Assembly: GCA_951406725.2 (NCBI GenBank)
Contig: OX597823.1
Coordinates: forward strand, 65,410,001 to 65,474,000
Source of the DNA: Octopus vulgaris
Taxonomy: Eukaryota
DNA: 64,000 bases
Direction: 5' to 3'
A model generated the notes under the pieces. It did no database searches. It saw nothing but the letters and a program-made list of their open reading frames with translations, and was not told where the DNA came from. The position numbers were made by a program, and so were the translations under genes. Shown one piece after another: positions 1 through 15,508 of this stretch. The stretch's first letter is position 1; each line of letters begins with the position of its first letter.

Positions 1-473
1 TTCCTTCGACCCCTCCACCCCAAGTATGTCAAGGCTCTCCTTGCAGTTGTAGATCATTGCAGCCACCATTCTTTCGGCATCAATCTCCGGTGGGACCCTG
101 CCCATTCGCATCCTCACTGCTCCCTCTCCACAGTAACTAGGAAGCAAAACCCATCTTTCCGATCTCAACACCGTCGCTGCGCTCCTCTTCGCCCCGTTCT
201 CATTCTCAAAACGAACGTCCACCGCAGCGTACTTTCTACCTCCATTGTAGAAGGTAGCTCCTCCTCCAATTTCCTGTAGACACTTCTCAGCCTCCTCCAC
301 CTGTGCTACTTCGATTCTCCTTGAGACCACATTCCATGTTTTGCATGTCATGATTCTCCTCTCCGCCTCCTTCACCTCATCCTCAGGTGGTGCAAACCCA
401 AAAAGTCACCCTCTCTTTTAAAGCTGTCGCAGTACTTCCTCAAACCTTCCCTCTCGACAATTACTTCCTCCAT
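1..473 (-). pseudogene. LINE ORF1 (RRM-like), one frameshift near 400-404
   Basis: MEEVIVEREGLRKYCDSFKREGDF/GFAPPEDEVKEAERRIMTCKTW...KYAAVDVRFENENGAKR...VRMRMGRVPPEIDAERMVAAM; resembles Tx1/L1 ORF1 RRM segments. Confidence 0.55.
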
Positions 474-670
474 CTGCAACTCGTTCGCAGCCAGGCCCCT
501 GCCCGCTGCTCCCGCACAAGCTTGGGCTTGCATACCCAACAAAAAATCCAACAATTCAACACGTCGCAACAGCTCTCGACAACAACAATGAACAAATCCA
601 AGTCAAAACCGCAAAACCGACAAACCGACACAAAAACGTGAGCCCTGCTAGCTGGGATACCTGTCTAGCC
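1..670 (-). mobile_element. 5' end (UTR + ORF1 start) of an L1/Tx1-like LINE, running off the window start
   Basis: GC-richer block with a long minus-strand open frame not in the ORF track (no stop before base 1). Confidence 0.6.
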
Positions 671-779
671 TTCGCAAATATATATATTTACAGTGAAATC
701 TATTCACTGGTCACCGTAATTAGAAATATTGAATTTGTAAATGTCTCAAAGAGACATGAGCGGTGGTGGAACGATAGAG

Positions 780-1103
780 TGGTAGTATACTGTCAACATA
801 ACGTGACAGTTCCGTAAGAAAATTACACCACCCTAAGAAAGCATCGATGCTTCCTGTCGGCTTTGACACATTTCCTGTGTCCTTATATTTGCTATCCTGT
901 ATTGTTGACGGGTAAGACCCAGAAACATTCATGTCTTCAGGTGTGAATCCTATTTGGTGGGGGCGCTTGCCTCCCCTTCGCAAATATAAGGACACAGGAT
1001 ATGTGTCAAAGCCGACTGGAAGCGTCGATGCTTCCTCGGGCTAAATTGCGGTGGTGTAATTCCCTTACAGGACTGTCACGTTATGTTGACAGTATACAAC
1101 CAC
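780..1103. mobile_element. PLE-like unit with ~115-bp inverted repeat (780-892 / 980-1103)
   Basis: Arms are reverse complements (GCAAATATAAGGACACAGG...ACAGTATAC); similar to the 27149-27385 unit; spacer holds a degenerate hammerhead. Confidence 0.65.
896..941 (+). ncRNA. Degenerate minimal hammerhead ribozyme motif
   Basis: cctgta-TTGTTGA-C-GGGT aag ACCC-A-GAAA-CATtcATG-TC-ttcagg; core mutated at two positions. Confidence 0.55.
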
Positions 1104-1120
1104 ACACACACACACACACA

Positions 1121-1175
<55 letters not shown>

Positions 1176-2397
1176 ATTATTTAGTATTTTGTTTTTACTT
1201 TTTTGGTTTAAATATTTGTTCGTATTGTTAGAGTACACAGATACATACAACGACAGAAATGTAAGTAGAATATGACAGAAAGATAGATAGAAAGAAAGAT
1301 AGATAGATAATTCGATATGAAGTTAGGCAGATTTGTAAGTATGTATGTATGCATGTAGGTAGGTAGGCAGGTAGGTTTGTAGGTAAGTCGTTAGGTACAT
1401 AGCTAGACAGGTAGATTGATTTACTCTTTGATTGATAATTTTTTCTTCATTGCTACGTATGTGGACAATTACATCATCTCAAAAATCAAATGTTTCGGAA
1501 AGATATACAATTTAATCAAACAATATTAAAAATAATGCTAGTATTATTGTTATAATACATTATTTGCCACATGGCATCTTTAAAGATGTATGTAGCTCAA
1601 TTGATCTAGTATCCCCTGGTAGTTGCCTGGAAGTAATTGGCGCATTACCGCTCGTCACCAAAGCGAACGAATTAAAACTAAATTAGACGCCATTTATTTT
1701 GAATGCAGAATATAAATGACGTAACAATATAACTCAAGATTTTCCATCCTTAGTTCTTCAAATATTGCCATCACCTTCTTTCGAAGCTACAAAAACAAGA
1801 ACAGCAACAAAATCAGTGGTAGCAACCACCACCATCACCACCATCACCATCCTCACCACCACAACAACAGCAGTGTTATATTTGTTACATGTTTTGGTCA
1901 AAGTCTATTAATCTGTAAATCAATAATTAAAAATACTCTCGAATATGAAAGATCAAAACATATTTCTATTTATATTTCTAAATAAATCGGTTTGCAAGCA
2001 TCAAACAGAAGAATGCAAAATAATTTGTTTAAACAAAACACAGAATAATTGAAATAAGAAATAACTATAAAGCACAATCACTTTAAACTTATTTTCATAT
2101 AAATAGCAAAAGTTCTTAGGTTAGTGTCCGTTTGTTGTGTACTGATTTGAAATTCTGTAAATATTAAATGAGTACAGTGAATAGAACACTATTTCTACCT
2201 GTAGGTTTTGCTAGTGGAAAATAAATTAAAGTAGAGAAAAATTTATGAGCTCGCGCTGAAATAACATTCAACTGAGTGTAAGCGGACATGAAATTAATTT
2301 CCCTTTTCTTATCCCGACTTTTCGTTACCTTTCTCACAATCACGCTTTCTCTCACTTTCACTCTTTCTCGCTTGCTTTCTGTCTTTCTCATTCTGTA

Positions 2398-2471
<74 letters not shown>

Positions 2472-2905
2472 GTATTTATTTTCCTATTCGTTTCTCATTT
2501 TATTTTGTGACCTTACTTCTCGTTAACTATTATTTACAGACGTATAACTAATGTCAAAGCGACCTTCTTATGCACAAAAGTTCCCGAGCCTTCCTTTTAA
2601 CAAATGTATATACAGTAATTCAATAAGCAATGTTGTTCTCCGAATAGTTTTCGCTTGTGAATAAATCGGAAAAGAAGAAAAAGAATAAAAGAAAACACCT
2701 TTCACAAATTCTTTCTTGGACGCTTTCACAAAACATTTGCAAATATACTGTCTCAATAGAAATATAAAAACATTGACGCGTACAGCTCAAGATTTATAGG
2801 AATATAGTTTCATAAACAAATATATACGCCCGCACACTCACAACAAACCGTTGGAAAAAAATACACCAACACACTAACAAAAGTAAACATACAAAAGTAA
2901 ACATA

Positions 2906-3070
2906 GGCATAGGAGCGGTGTGTGGTAAGTAGCTTGTTTACGAACCACATGGATCCGGGTTCAGTCCCACTGCGTGGCACCTTGAGCAAGTGTCTTCTAC
3001 TATAGCCCACGGGCCGACCAAAGCCTTGTGAGTGGATTTGGTAGACGGAAACTGAAAGAAGCCCGACGTA

Positions 3071-3108
<38 letters not shown>

Positions 3109-3885
3109 TCTAGTTGTGTGAGTATCTGTCCCCTTCGATTTAGATTCCTAACTCCTCCCACATTTTGCGGTGCAGTTTAACCAAATTCGGGTATCTTATA
3201 GTCGTGATTCATATCGAGCCCGTCTGGCTATTAGCGCGCGTCAACGATGAGTCTACGATTTTAAAAATAATTTAACATCATTTTTTATTCCATTTTAATG
3301 CATAATTTTTCGTGTGTCGATGGCGGCGGAGTTGGCGTCCACGCTCACAGCTGCACCTGTTTGCTTCTCCCCCTTCCCTCCCTCGTGAAGCTGTGGGGAA
3401 GGGAGTGTAAAGAAATCGACGTCATAATGCGTTGTGAAGGAAACCAGCGTTCTTTTAGAACAACGACTTCATGGCTTGAAGACACCAAAACAAAAATGGC
3501 TAAGAAAGCCCGAATTTATAAGGGTAGTAACTCTCTAAAAATGCTTATATAGTTATTTCCCTTACAAACCCGAGCAACGCCGGGTGATACTGCTAGTATA
3601 TATATATATACAATACAATATATATATATATATATATATACAATACAATATATATATATATATATATATGTCTCTGTGTGTGTGTTTGTGTGTCTGTGTT
3701 TGTCCCCCCAACATGCTGGTGTGTTTACGTGCCTGTAACTTAGCGGTTCGGCAAAAGAGACCGATAGAATAAGGACTAGGCTTACAAAGAATAAGTCCTG
3801 GGGTCGATTTGCTCGACTAAAGGTGGTGCTCCAGCATGGCCACAGTCAAATGACTGAAACAAGTAAAAGAGTAAAGAGAAAAGAG
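2906..3885 (+). mobile_element. tRNA-headed SINE (family A) split by a Helitron in its internal (TA)n
   Basis: A/B-box-like head (GGTTCAGTCCC), CCTTGAGCAAGT, tail GACTGAAACAAGTAAAAGAG; near-identical to copies at 4061 and 47274. Confidence 0.85.
3095..3596 (+). mobile_element. Non-autonomous Helitron
   Basis: 3' hairpin ACCCG-agcaacg-CCGGGT (3568-3585) then CTAG|T at 3593-3597; 5' end merges into (TA)n. Confidence 0.75.
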
Positions 3886-4060
3886 TATACAACAAAATTT
3901 TCAAAACGGTCAGTATAAAGAGTCGTTCTCACTGGACGTATACATACTACATAACTTTGTGAAGTACAGATACACAATAAAAAGAACGCAAACAAAACGG
4001 GAATTTGAGAAAACGCCTGCGACAAAATTCAAATATAGTGAAAGTAATTTTGATTTTATT

Positions 4061-4435
4061 TGCTAACCAGCCACATGGTTCCGGGTTCAGTCCCACTGCG
4101 TGGCATCTTGGGCAAGTGTCTTCTGCTATAGCCCCGGGCCGACCAATGCCTTGTGAGTGGATTTGGTAGACGGAAACTGAAAGAAGCCCGTCGTATATAT
4201 GTATATATTTATATGCGTGTGTGTGTTTGTGTGTCTGTGTTTGGTCCCCTTAGCATCGCTTGACAACCGATGCTGGTGTGTTTCTGTCCCCGTTACTTAG
4301 CAGTTCGGCAAAAGAGACTGATAGAATAAGTACAGGGCTTACAAAGAATAAGTCCTGGGGTCGAGTTGCTCGACTAAAGGCGGTGCTCCAGCATGGCCGC
4401 AGTCAAATGACTGAAACAAGTAAAAGAGAAAGAGT
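4061..4435 (+). mobile_element. SINE family A, 5'-truncated
   Basis: Same body and tail as 2906-3885. Confidence 0.85.
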
Positions 4436-4938
4436 ATACAAAGCTAAGAATGAATATGCAATAAGAAAACATTATACGTGATGTCATGTTGTGGCGCAAT
4501 CAGGTGCTGAGATAACACAAAGGATTTGCTGCTCATAGGAAATATTTCAAATTCACTTTGGTGATTAAATGATATTAAGAATTTTTAAAAAAATGTTTTA
4601 TAGTTTTTATATGGCGTTCGGGCTGAATTTGACGGTATTTTACGTCTCCTTTTTATTGGAAGTGTTTGGTGTATTGGTGAACAGTGGAGGGCATATTCAT
4701 CGTTTCAGGGGATAATGATCAGAACTGAAGCTGAGAAAAAGTTAGCTTAGATGAAGGACTAGAAGCCATGTGAATACTGCAAAAGAGTTACCTGTTTATG
4801 ATGAATCGCGCTGGGTAACAAAATGATGCATCCTCTTGCAATAAGCCTTGTGATGATAAACTGCTCTTGTCATCAGCATCATCATCGTCATCAACGTCAT
4901 CGTCGTCGTCGTCGTCATCGTCATCATCATCATCATCA

Positions 4939-5270
4939 TTGAATGAAAAAACACCGAATGCTATCAAAGTGACACAAGCGTACAAATATACGAAGCCCAA
5001 TATGCCTATCATGACAACCCGTTTGACAATGGTGCACCATATACATTTTTCCTAACCATTTGTGCGCAACATACTGATCTCATATAAAAATAAACAACGC
5101 CTAAATTTGCAAGTGGGGCCCAGTTAGATTTTTCTTCAGACCGAGTTGTCTAACCCGTTCAAAAGGTACACAAATAAGGGTTGTTTAAGGATGACGGAGA
5201 GACCGCTGTTTCCAAGGATTAATTATTCAAGCACCAAAAGAATTCATCTCAACACATGTCTATGATGCAT
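4939..5270 (-). mobile_element. Old partial copy of the ~560-bp (TAA)n-associated element
   Basis: Diverged match to 5424-5750 (ATCAAAGTGACAC, GTGGGGCCCAGTTAGA). Confidence 0.75.
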
Positions 5271-5423
<153 letters not shown>

Positions 5424-5977
5424 GTGTGAGAGAGTAGTGCATGCCATCAAAGTGACACTGGGGTAAAATATACGAAGCCCAATATACCCATCATGACTAC
5501 CCGTCTGATAAGGGTACACTAGGCACATGCATCACAACCATATGTGCGCGACATGGTGATCTCATATCAAGATAAACAGCACATGACATTGCAGGTGGGG
5601 CCCAGTTAGAATTTTCTTCTGATCGAGTAACCCATCCCACTCAAAAGGTCCCTGAAGAAGGGTTGCTTAAGGATGTTGAACGAAACACCAATGTTTCCAG
5701 AGGTGAATTATTTAAACCCCAAAGAATTCCTCTCAACACATGGCTATGATGCTCCCCCACTACTTCTGCTCGTGATCAGAGATGCACATATTGTCAGCCA
5801 CCAAGGGACATGCTCAACTGGTTATGGTCAAACAACCGACAAGCAAATCTGTGGTATTGAGCAGAATATTTGCTGTAGCCCATCTTTTATACCAAGGCAA
5901 AACAATGTACACGATAACACTTCCAATCAGTTAAGATCAGAAGCCATGAAAGCCACTGCCTGGTACTGCATCAGGGC

Positions 5978-5981
<4 letters not shown>
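5424..5981 (-). mobile_element. ~560-bp non-coding element inserted in (TAA)n
   Basis: Full copy flanked by (TTA)n on both sides; near-identical to 6108-6664. Confidence 0.85.
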
Positions 5982-6026
<45 letters not shown>

Positions 6027-6030
6027 GTTG

Positions 6031-6107
<77 letters not shown>

Positions 6108-6664
6108 GAGTGAGAGAGCAGTTTATGCCATCAAAGTGACACTGGGGTAAAATATACGAAGCCCAATATACCCATCATGACTACCCGTCTGATAAAGGTA
6201 CACCAGGCACATGCATCACAACCATATGTGCGCGACATGGTGATCTCATATCAAGATAAACAGCACATGACCTTGCAGGTGGGGCCCAGTTAGAATTTTC
6301 TTCAGGTTGAGTAGCCCATCCCGCTCAAACGGTCCCTGAATAAGGGTCGTTTAAGGATGTTGAAAGAACCACCCATGTTTCCAGAGGTGAACCATTCAAA
6401 CCCCAAAGAATCCCTCTCAACACATGGCTATGATGCTCCCCACTACTTCTGCTCGTGATCAGAGATGCACATATTGTCAGCCACTAAGGGACATGCTCAA
6501 CTGGTTAAGGTCAAACAAATGACAAGCAAATCTGTGGTATTGAGCAAAATACTTGCTGTAGCCCATCTTTTATACCAAGGCAAAACAATGTATACGATAA
6601 CACTTCCAATCAGTTAAGATCAGAAGCCATGAAAGCCACTGCCTGGTACTGCATCAGGGCATTT
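6108..6664 (-). mobile_element. ~560-bp non-coding element inserted in (TAA)n
   Basis: Second full copy, same orientation, same ends. Confidence 0.85.
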
Positions 6665-6959
6665 ATTATTATTATTATTATTATTTTTATTATCATCATT
6701 ATTATTATTATTACTACTATTATTGCTGTTGTTGTTGTTATTTATTGTTATTATTCGATACCTGATACTTTCAGGAGAATTTCTGCTGCATCAATTACTA
6801 CATCCCCATGTTGCTGAAGTGAATGCAGAATTGTACATTCAATTGTTACTATTGGTGGGATTGTAGTGCATATGTTTGTTCTGTTATAGAATTTGGTTGC
6901 AGTCGTTTGCTGCATGAGCGTTTGTAATGTGTGTTGCGTTTGTAATGTGTGAGTTGTTA

Positions 6960-7252
<293 letters not shown>

Positions 7253-7259
7253 TGTGATT

Positions 7260-7705
7260 AAAACTCACAGCTTATTTTGCTGTGACACTTGTATACTCGT
7301 CATGCTTCAAGAACCTTGTGAAGAATTCTTGCAGTTCCAAGCAATGCTGAATTTTGTAAGTGTTCTACCTTCACACTTGTACCAATCTTTTTCAGCCATG
7401 CTGGTAGTTGAGTGCTGATACATACAAGTGCACCAAATTTTATTAGTAATCACGTCTACTCTCATCATTGACACACAAACTTCGTAATTCCCACTTCAAA
7501 TCGTCATAGTCTATTTTTCTTCTTTCACATGGATACTGTTGTCCCTGGGGCATGCTATGTATATTATCATGCATGTTCTTTCTTTTTTATTCACCACAAG
7601 ATTGTCACGTTTCCGATGTCTGGTTAGGTGATCACATATTCTGATCTCCGGTCAACTGCACACTTTGCGATGTCTGGTCAGGTGATCACAATTTCCGATG
7701 TCTGG
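7260..7705 (-). mobile_element. 3' fragment of an RLE (R4/Dong-like) LINE, degenerate
   Basis: Frameshifted ...RKRDNLVVNKKERTCMIIYIACP... endonuclease region. Confidence 0.65.
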
Positions 7706-7706
7706 T

Positions 7707-9788
<2,082 letters not shown>

Positions 9789-9805
9789 GTTATTATTATT
9801 ATTAT

Positions 9806-11706
9806 TCAGTAGTTTTATTTTTATAGCGTGCTTTCACTTCACTACCGAGCGCAGCTCTGTGTGCCTTGGGTATGTGCTGTGATTTGTTGTGATGCTCTGA
9901 TGGTTATTGTATGGAAAGTGTTCTGCGTAGGATGTGTGCAGTGCCTAGTAGTGCAATTTTCTGTATGCTATATGTGTTTGTAAGTCCTGGTGTTTTTGTT
10001 ATGTATTTGTCTGAATATTTTTTTATCATGCCTAATGCACCTACTATGATAGGAATTGTTTCTGTTTTCAGGTTCCACATTCTAGTTACCTCTATTTCCA
10101 GGTCTTTGTATTTTGAGAGTTTCTCCATTTCTTTTAGAGACACGTTGTCATCTGCCGGTATTGATACTTCAATTAGAAAGCATTTTTTTCTTCATGATCT
10201 CTGACAACTATATCTGGTGTGTTGGCCTTAATTTCTCTATCTGTGTGTATCGGCATATCCCAGAGTATGGTTGCTTTCTCGTTTTCTGTGACCTTTTCTG
10301 GTGTGTGCCTATACCATCTTTTTTCTGTTGTTATTCCATAATGTTGGCATAGCTTCCAATGTATGTAGGTTCCAACTCTGTCATGTCTGTGAATATATTC
10401 CTTCTTAGCCAGGACTGGGCAGCTAGAGATAATATGATTTATTGTTTCTTGTCCATCTCCACATATTCTGCAGTTACTTGTAATATTTCTTTTCATTACA
10501 TGTTTTTGGTAATTTCTGGTGGGGAGGCTTTGGTTTTGTGCTGCAATTAAAAATCCCTCTGTTTCTGCTTTGAGTCCTGAGCTTCTCAACCATTGCTGGG
10601 ATTTTTCTTTGTCTATTTCTTTTGCGTTTAGTTTAGTCCAGTATTTACCATGAAGGGGCTTTTCTTGCCATCGTTTATTCATGGTTCGTTGCTGTTCTAT
10701 TTTTAGTTTGGATTTCATTTGTTTTATAGCTTTTGTTGTTTCTTCATCATCTTCTTCTTCTTCTTCGTGTTTATTAGGTGGTATGGTCTCTTGTTTGTAT
10801 TTGTCAGCTTCCTTAAATACTGAGAACAGTTTTTTGTTTTGCTCGTGTTTTGCTGCTATCTGGATCAGTTTTCCTTCCTTCTGAAGTAGGTATTTTTGCA
10901 GTCCTATGGTGGTTATTTTATAGTAGTTTTCCAGCTGTATAAGGCCTCTACCACCTTCTATACGTTGTATATATAGTCTTTCAATGTCAGATTTTGGGTG
11001 ATGCATCCTAGATCCTGTCAGTATTTTTCTTGTTTTCCTATCTATTTTGGACAGTTCATTTCGTGTCTAGTTAAGGGTATTGTAGCTGTAACTTATAACT
11101 GGGACAGCTAAAGTGTTGATACCTATTATCTTGTTTTTAGCATTGAGCTCTGTTTTTAGTATTGATCTAACTTGTCTATAATATTCTTTTTTTATTTTCT
11201 CTTTCATTTGTGTGTGTTGTGTCTTATCTAGTTCATGGATTCCTAAGTATTTGTAACTTTGGCTTTGATCTAATTCTTTTATTTCATTGGTTTTATCTAG
11301 TGTGATGTTGTTACTCGTAACTAGTTTTCCTCTTTTCATGGTTACTTTGGTGCATTTTTCTAATCCACATTTCATATCTATTTCTTTGGTAAATCCATGA
11401 ACTGTCTTTAATAGTGTTTCCAGCTGTTTGTCATTTGCAGCGTATAGTTTTAGGTCATCCATATATAAAAGGTGGCTGATCGTTTTGCCGTAACATTTAT
11501 ATCCGCATCCAGTTCTATGTAGCATATCAGATAGAGGTAACAGTGCCAAGTAGAAAAGGAGTGGAGAGAGCGTGTCTCCCTGGAATATTCCTCTTCTAAT
11601 GGGGATGTCTTTGGTTTTCATGAGTCCCTGTTTTGTTTGGAGGTGTAGGACTGTTTGCCATTTATTCATAGAGTGCTCTATGAATTTTATGATTGTTGGT
11701 GCTACT
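9806..11706 (-). mobile_element. 5'-truncated R4/Dong-like LINE, youngest copy (ORF pieces 11067-11669, 10173-11006, 9904-10143)
   Basis: GIFQGDTLSPLLF, HLLYMDDLKLYA, CRICGDGQETINHIISSC, RHD, PDIVV, EKLSKY; few disablements; (TAA)n at 3' end. Confidence 0.9.
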
Positions 11707-11707
11707 T

Positions 11708-11807
<100 letters not shown>

Positions 11808-11835
11808 TATCACTGTTGCTGTTGTTATTGTTATT

Positions 11836-13340
11836 TTCTCTTTATCACAGGCTTTGTTGGAGCTCCTGGAATCTTGCCTGCGTAGCGGGTTTATTACCTG
11901 CCGCCTACGGTTCCATGCTATTCGTTCTTTTCAGCTATCTAATACTTTCCTGAGTATTCTGGTCGTACCAAGGAGGTAAATCTTCTGTAACAGTTCTAAG
12001 GGCGCTCTATTCCAATTTCTTTTATGTTCCTCTTGATTTCTTCTGATACTGTTCCCAAGAACCCAACAATATTTGCTACAACCTTCGCCTTCTTCATGTT
12101 TCATAGCCCGGCTTTTTCTCACTTAAAATGGTTGTATATATCTATCTTTCGCCTTCTTTCTTCACCATCTGTATTAGCACATGTGGTGCACCTTTTCCAC
12201 CACTACTAGATCCGGTCTGCTATGCTCCAGCACCTGATGTTTGGATTGGAAATCCAAAAGGATTTTGCTAGTCTTCGACTCTGCTACTCTCTGCAGATTG
12301 TGCTCATACCGCTTCTTGCCTCTGTCAAGCCTCCACTTTTCTTACACTTTCCAATGTAGCACTTTCGCTACCTGGTCGTGTCGCTACAACTTGTATTAGT
12401 TTTGGGGACGTCTAGGGCATTCGTTCGTAATACGGGCAATGATTCTTTCTACTCTATTGCAGGGGCGGCACAGCGGAGACACCTACTCATTACTCAAGTT
12501 GACTCTCCAGTCCGTGATCTAATTTTGGTCCTGCACTGCTAGTATTGTGCTCTTGGCCTCCTCTTTTAGGGTTCCTTTCATCGGCCAGTCCCACCATTTC
12601 CCGGCAACTTTTGTTGTGGCTACATGGAAGTGAATGTGTAGTTCCTTCTGATGTAATTCTTCTTCATGTCCTTTTCGTGCATCTTCCTTCGTTTTCCCTT
12701 TTTTCTCTGCCCTCAGTACTCCCTCGTTCCTAACTGTCACTAGCAAGGTTTCCTTACTTTAGGCTAGGTATCTCATTAAACTCTCGAGTTCGATACGTAC
12801 GCTGTCTTCCACACTTTCTTCCTCTGCTGCTTCATATACAAGCGATCAGTGTCTGGACGTGGATGATGGGATCCATGCATCTTTAGGAGCTTGCTTGACC
12901 TACTGTCCATCTCTTTTAGTAATCCACTTCAGGAGTCCAGCGCCATCTCGAACTACTGCGACTGTGCGCGAGTTTATCGTCGAAATGATATTTCTGGCAT
13001 TCAACTTTGAAGCCAATATTTTTCTCACTACCCGCAGGTACTCCCTTTTTCTATTTTCATTTATGTCGTAGTGTTTGAGTCCATCTGCCTCAAGTATACG
13101 CAGGTATTTATAGCGGGATTGAGGTTGAATAGCCTTTATAATTTTACTACTTGGCAGCGATATGGCTTCTGCCCCGGCAAGCTTTCCTTATCTCATCACC
13201 ATCGTAACACATTTTGAGAGTCCAAACTCCATCTTAATATCATTGGTAAAAATCCGTACACACTGGGCTGGGTTGCCCAGCTCTGCCTCAGTTTTTGTGA
13301 GGTTGTTCAGGTTGTTTTCCCTTACGTCTTTCCCAGATCA
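11836..13340 (-). mobile_element. Degenerate R4/Dong-like LINE, another family
   Basis: KWWDWPMKGTLKEEAKSTILAVQDQ and LLQKIYLLGTTRILRKVLDS; 3' end at degenerate (TAA/CAA)n. Confidence 0.75.
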
Positions 13341-13654
13341 TGCCCCAACTTTGTGTCGATAGTGTTTCACTCAAGATTAGTGGGGTCACACTGTTCCCAT
13401 GTAAGAATCCTCTCTTTATTTTCATCTCTCCTAGCACTTGCTTCTCTGCTGCCAATTCTGTTTTTCAGTATTTCATGCTATTCCATATAAGTCTTCTCCT
13501 ATTCTCTGCTATTATATAACCTAAACCATTTTACTAAGTTGTACTTCACCCACATCATCATCTTTGTTCTTATTCTTGCTTATATTATTTTTCTGCCCTT
13601 AAAAAAAAAGACAAACACACTGTACCTATTGTTAACTGTTTCTTATATATATGT

Positions 13655-13810
13655 ATTAGCCCACCCAACCACTTAGACACTCTAAAGAAGCCTTGAGACA
13701 CATTCATCATCCAAACTTTATCTACCCATCACTACAATATACTGAAGAGATACAGATGACATGGAGGATTTCATTGCCTCCTGGCAGAACGGCAGGAAGG
13801 AACTAGTTCC
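13655..13810 (+). pseudogene. Possible degenerate Penelope RT fragment
   Basis: PITTIY*RDTDDMEDFIASWQNGRKEL resembles the PLE RT motif WxRYIDDIFxxWxHGxEEL. Confidence 0.4.
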
Positions 13811-13991
13811 AAGTGACAATCTGATCTTTTGCCATTTTCTGTAATATAAGTACATGTGTATGTAATACATGGTTATTACATGTGTATGTACTCTTCTAAT
13901 ACATTCTAATACATTGGAATAAATAGACATACTAGAATGTTTACTGGCTGATGTATATCGTTTTTGTATCATCTACATTTTCTTATTGCCG

Positions 13992-14022
<31 letters not shown>

Positions 14023-14044
14023 ATATGTGTGTGTGTGTGTGTAT

Positions 14045-14086
<42 letters not shown>

Positions 14087-14087
<1 letters not shown>

Positions 14088-14873
14088 TAGCAGAGATACC
14101 CGGCGTTGCCCGTGTTACATATAATTGAAGAGTTAGACTTTTCTGTTATATTTTCTCTAATGAACTGGAATATCTATGTTTCGAATTTCATCAAAATTGA
14201 AGATCAGGGTTATTTCCCTCTTTACACCCCGCCCGAAACATTGTAATCGGGCCACATATATCCCATACTACTGATTTTTATGCGCACATTCCAAAATTTC
14301 AGTCTTATTGAACCTGTGACTCAATTACATGCATACATGCATAGGTCATGGAGCTCTAAAATGTGAGAGTTAAGGCCCCTGGTTTCTTTCGTTGTTCGCG
14401 GGAGTTTTTATGTTGCCTATCTTGTTTTTACATCTGATGTTTTCGTTGTTCGCAAAATAATTTCGTTTTCGATGTTATCCTTTTTCATGTTTTCGTTGCC
14501 TAAACCGCAATTGCATGGAGCCGAGCCGCAAATGCCATAGCGTCGACTGTGGGCTGCTAGCTGTGGACAGTCATACTGTACATATCATATGTACATGTAT
14601 ACATATATGGCTATACGTATACATACAATAGAGAGACGTTTTTATTTCACCTTTAACACGTAATACTGAAATAGTGGATAAGATTCGATATTGCTGTGGG
14701 CCTGCCCTAGGCAAGATGTTGAATATTTTTTTTGCCCATGACACTACATGGACCCTAAGTAAGGCATGTGTAAAAGTTGAATGAAATTGTTTGAGTAGTT
14801 TTGAGTAGTTTTCGGAAGTCACACAGAGAGACAGACAGACAGGCACACATTCTCAGTTTTACATATATATAGA
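14087..14873 (-). mobile_element. Non-autonomous Helitron
   Basis: A|TC 5' end at 14873; 3' hairpin (CGGGCAACGCCGGG) then CTAG|T at 14090-14086; inserted in TA-rich repeat. Confidence 0.8.
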
Positions 14874-15087
14874 TATAATGTTGTATTTAGGAATGATCAT
14901 TTATCTGTTTCAACACACGATTTCACATCAAAAATCTTGCAAAACAAATATATATATATACATATAATGGACGCAGTTTCGCGTGTCAAATAGCTAGCTT
15001 GAGGCGGTAGCCTCTTGGAGCTAATCAGCGACAGCTTTAGTCTTATATTTGTAAGACTGCCATATTAGTATGGCGATAACTATATAT

Positions 15088-15125
<38 letters not shown>

Positions 15126-15382
15126 GATAAATAGAAAGATACATGCATACGTAGTACATACATACATAACACCAGCCGGAGTGTGATATATTACAGCTGT
15201 TTCAACCTTTTTATTGATGAATTGAATTGTTACCTGATGAGAAAAACGTTTCGTTCCGGTGAATACATGTAAGAATTAAACATTTGAAAATTTCAAACAT
15301 CTCAATTCCAAAGAAAAATGTCATTTAGTTACCATTCACCTTACTCGGGACCTGCAATTTGCGTGGATCTAAACACATACTC

Positions 15383-15437
<55 letters not shown>

Positions 15438-15464
15438 GTATATATCCATCTATTTATCTATCTA

Positions 15465-15508
<44 letters not shown>

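Noticed and set aside
5673-6113. 146-aa ORF in the 560-bp element
   Set aside because: Not kept open in the other copies; runs into a microsatellite
15185-15280. CTGATGA on + and GAAACAGCTGTA on -
   Set aside because: The halves are on opposite strands and neither completes a hammerhead fold
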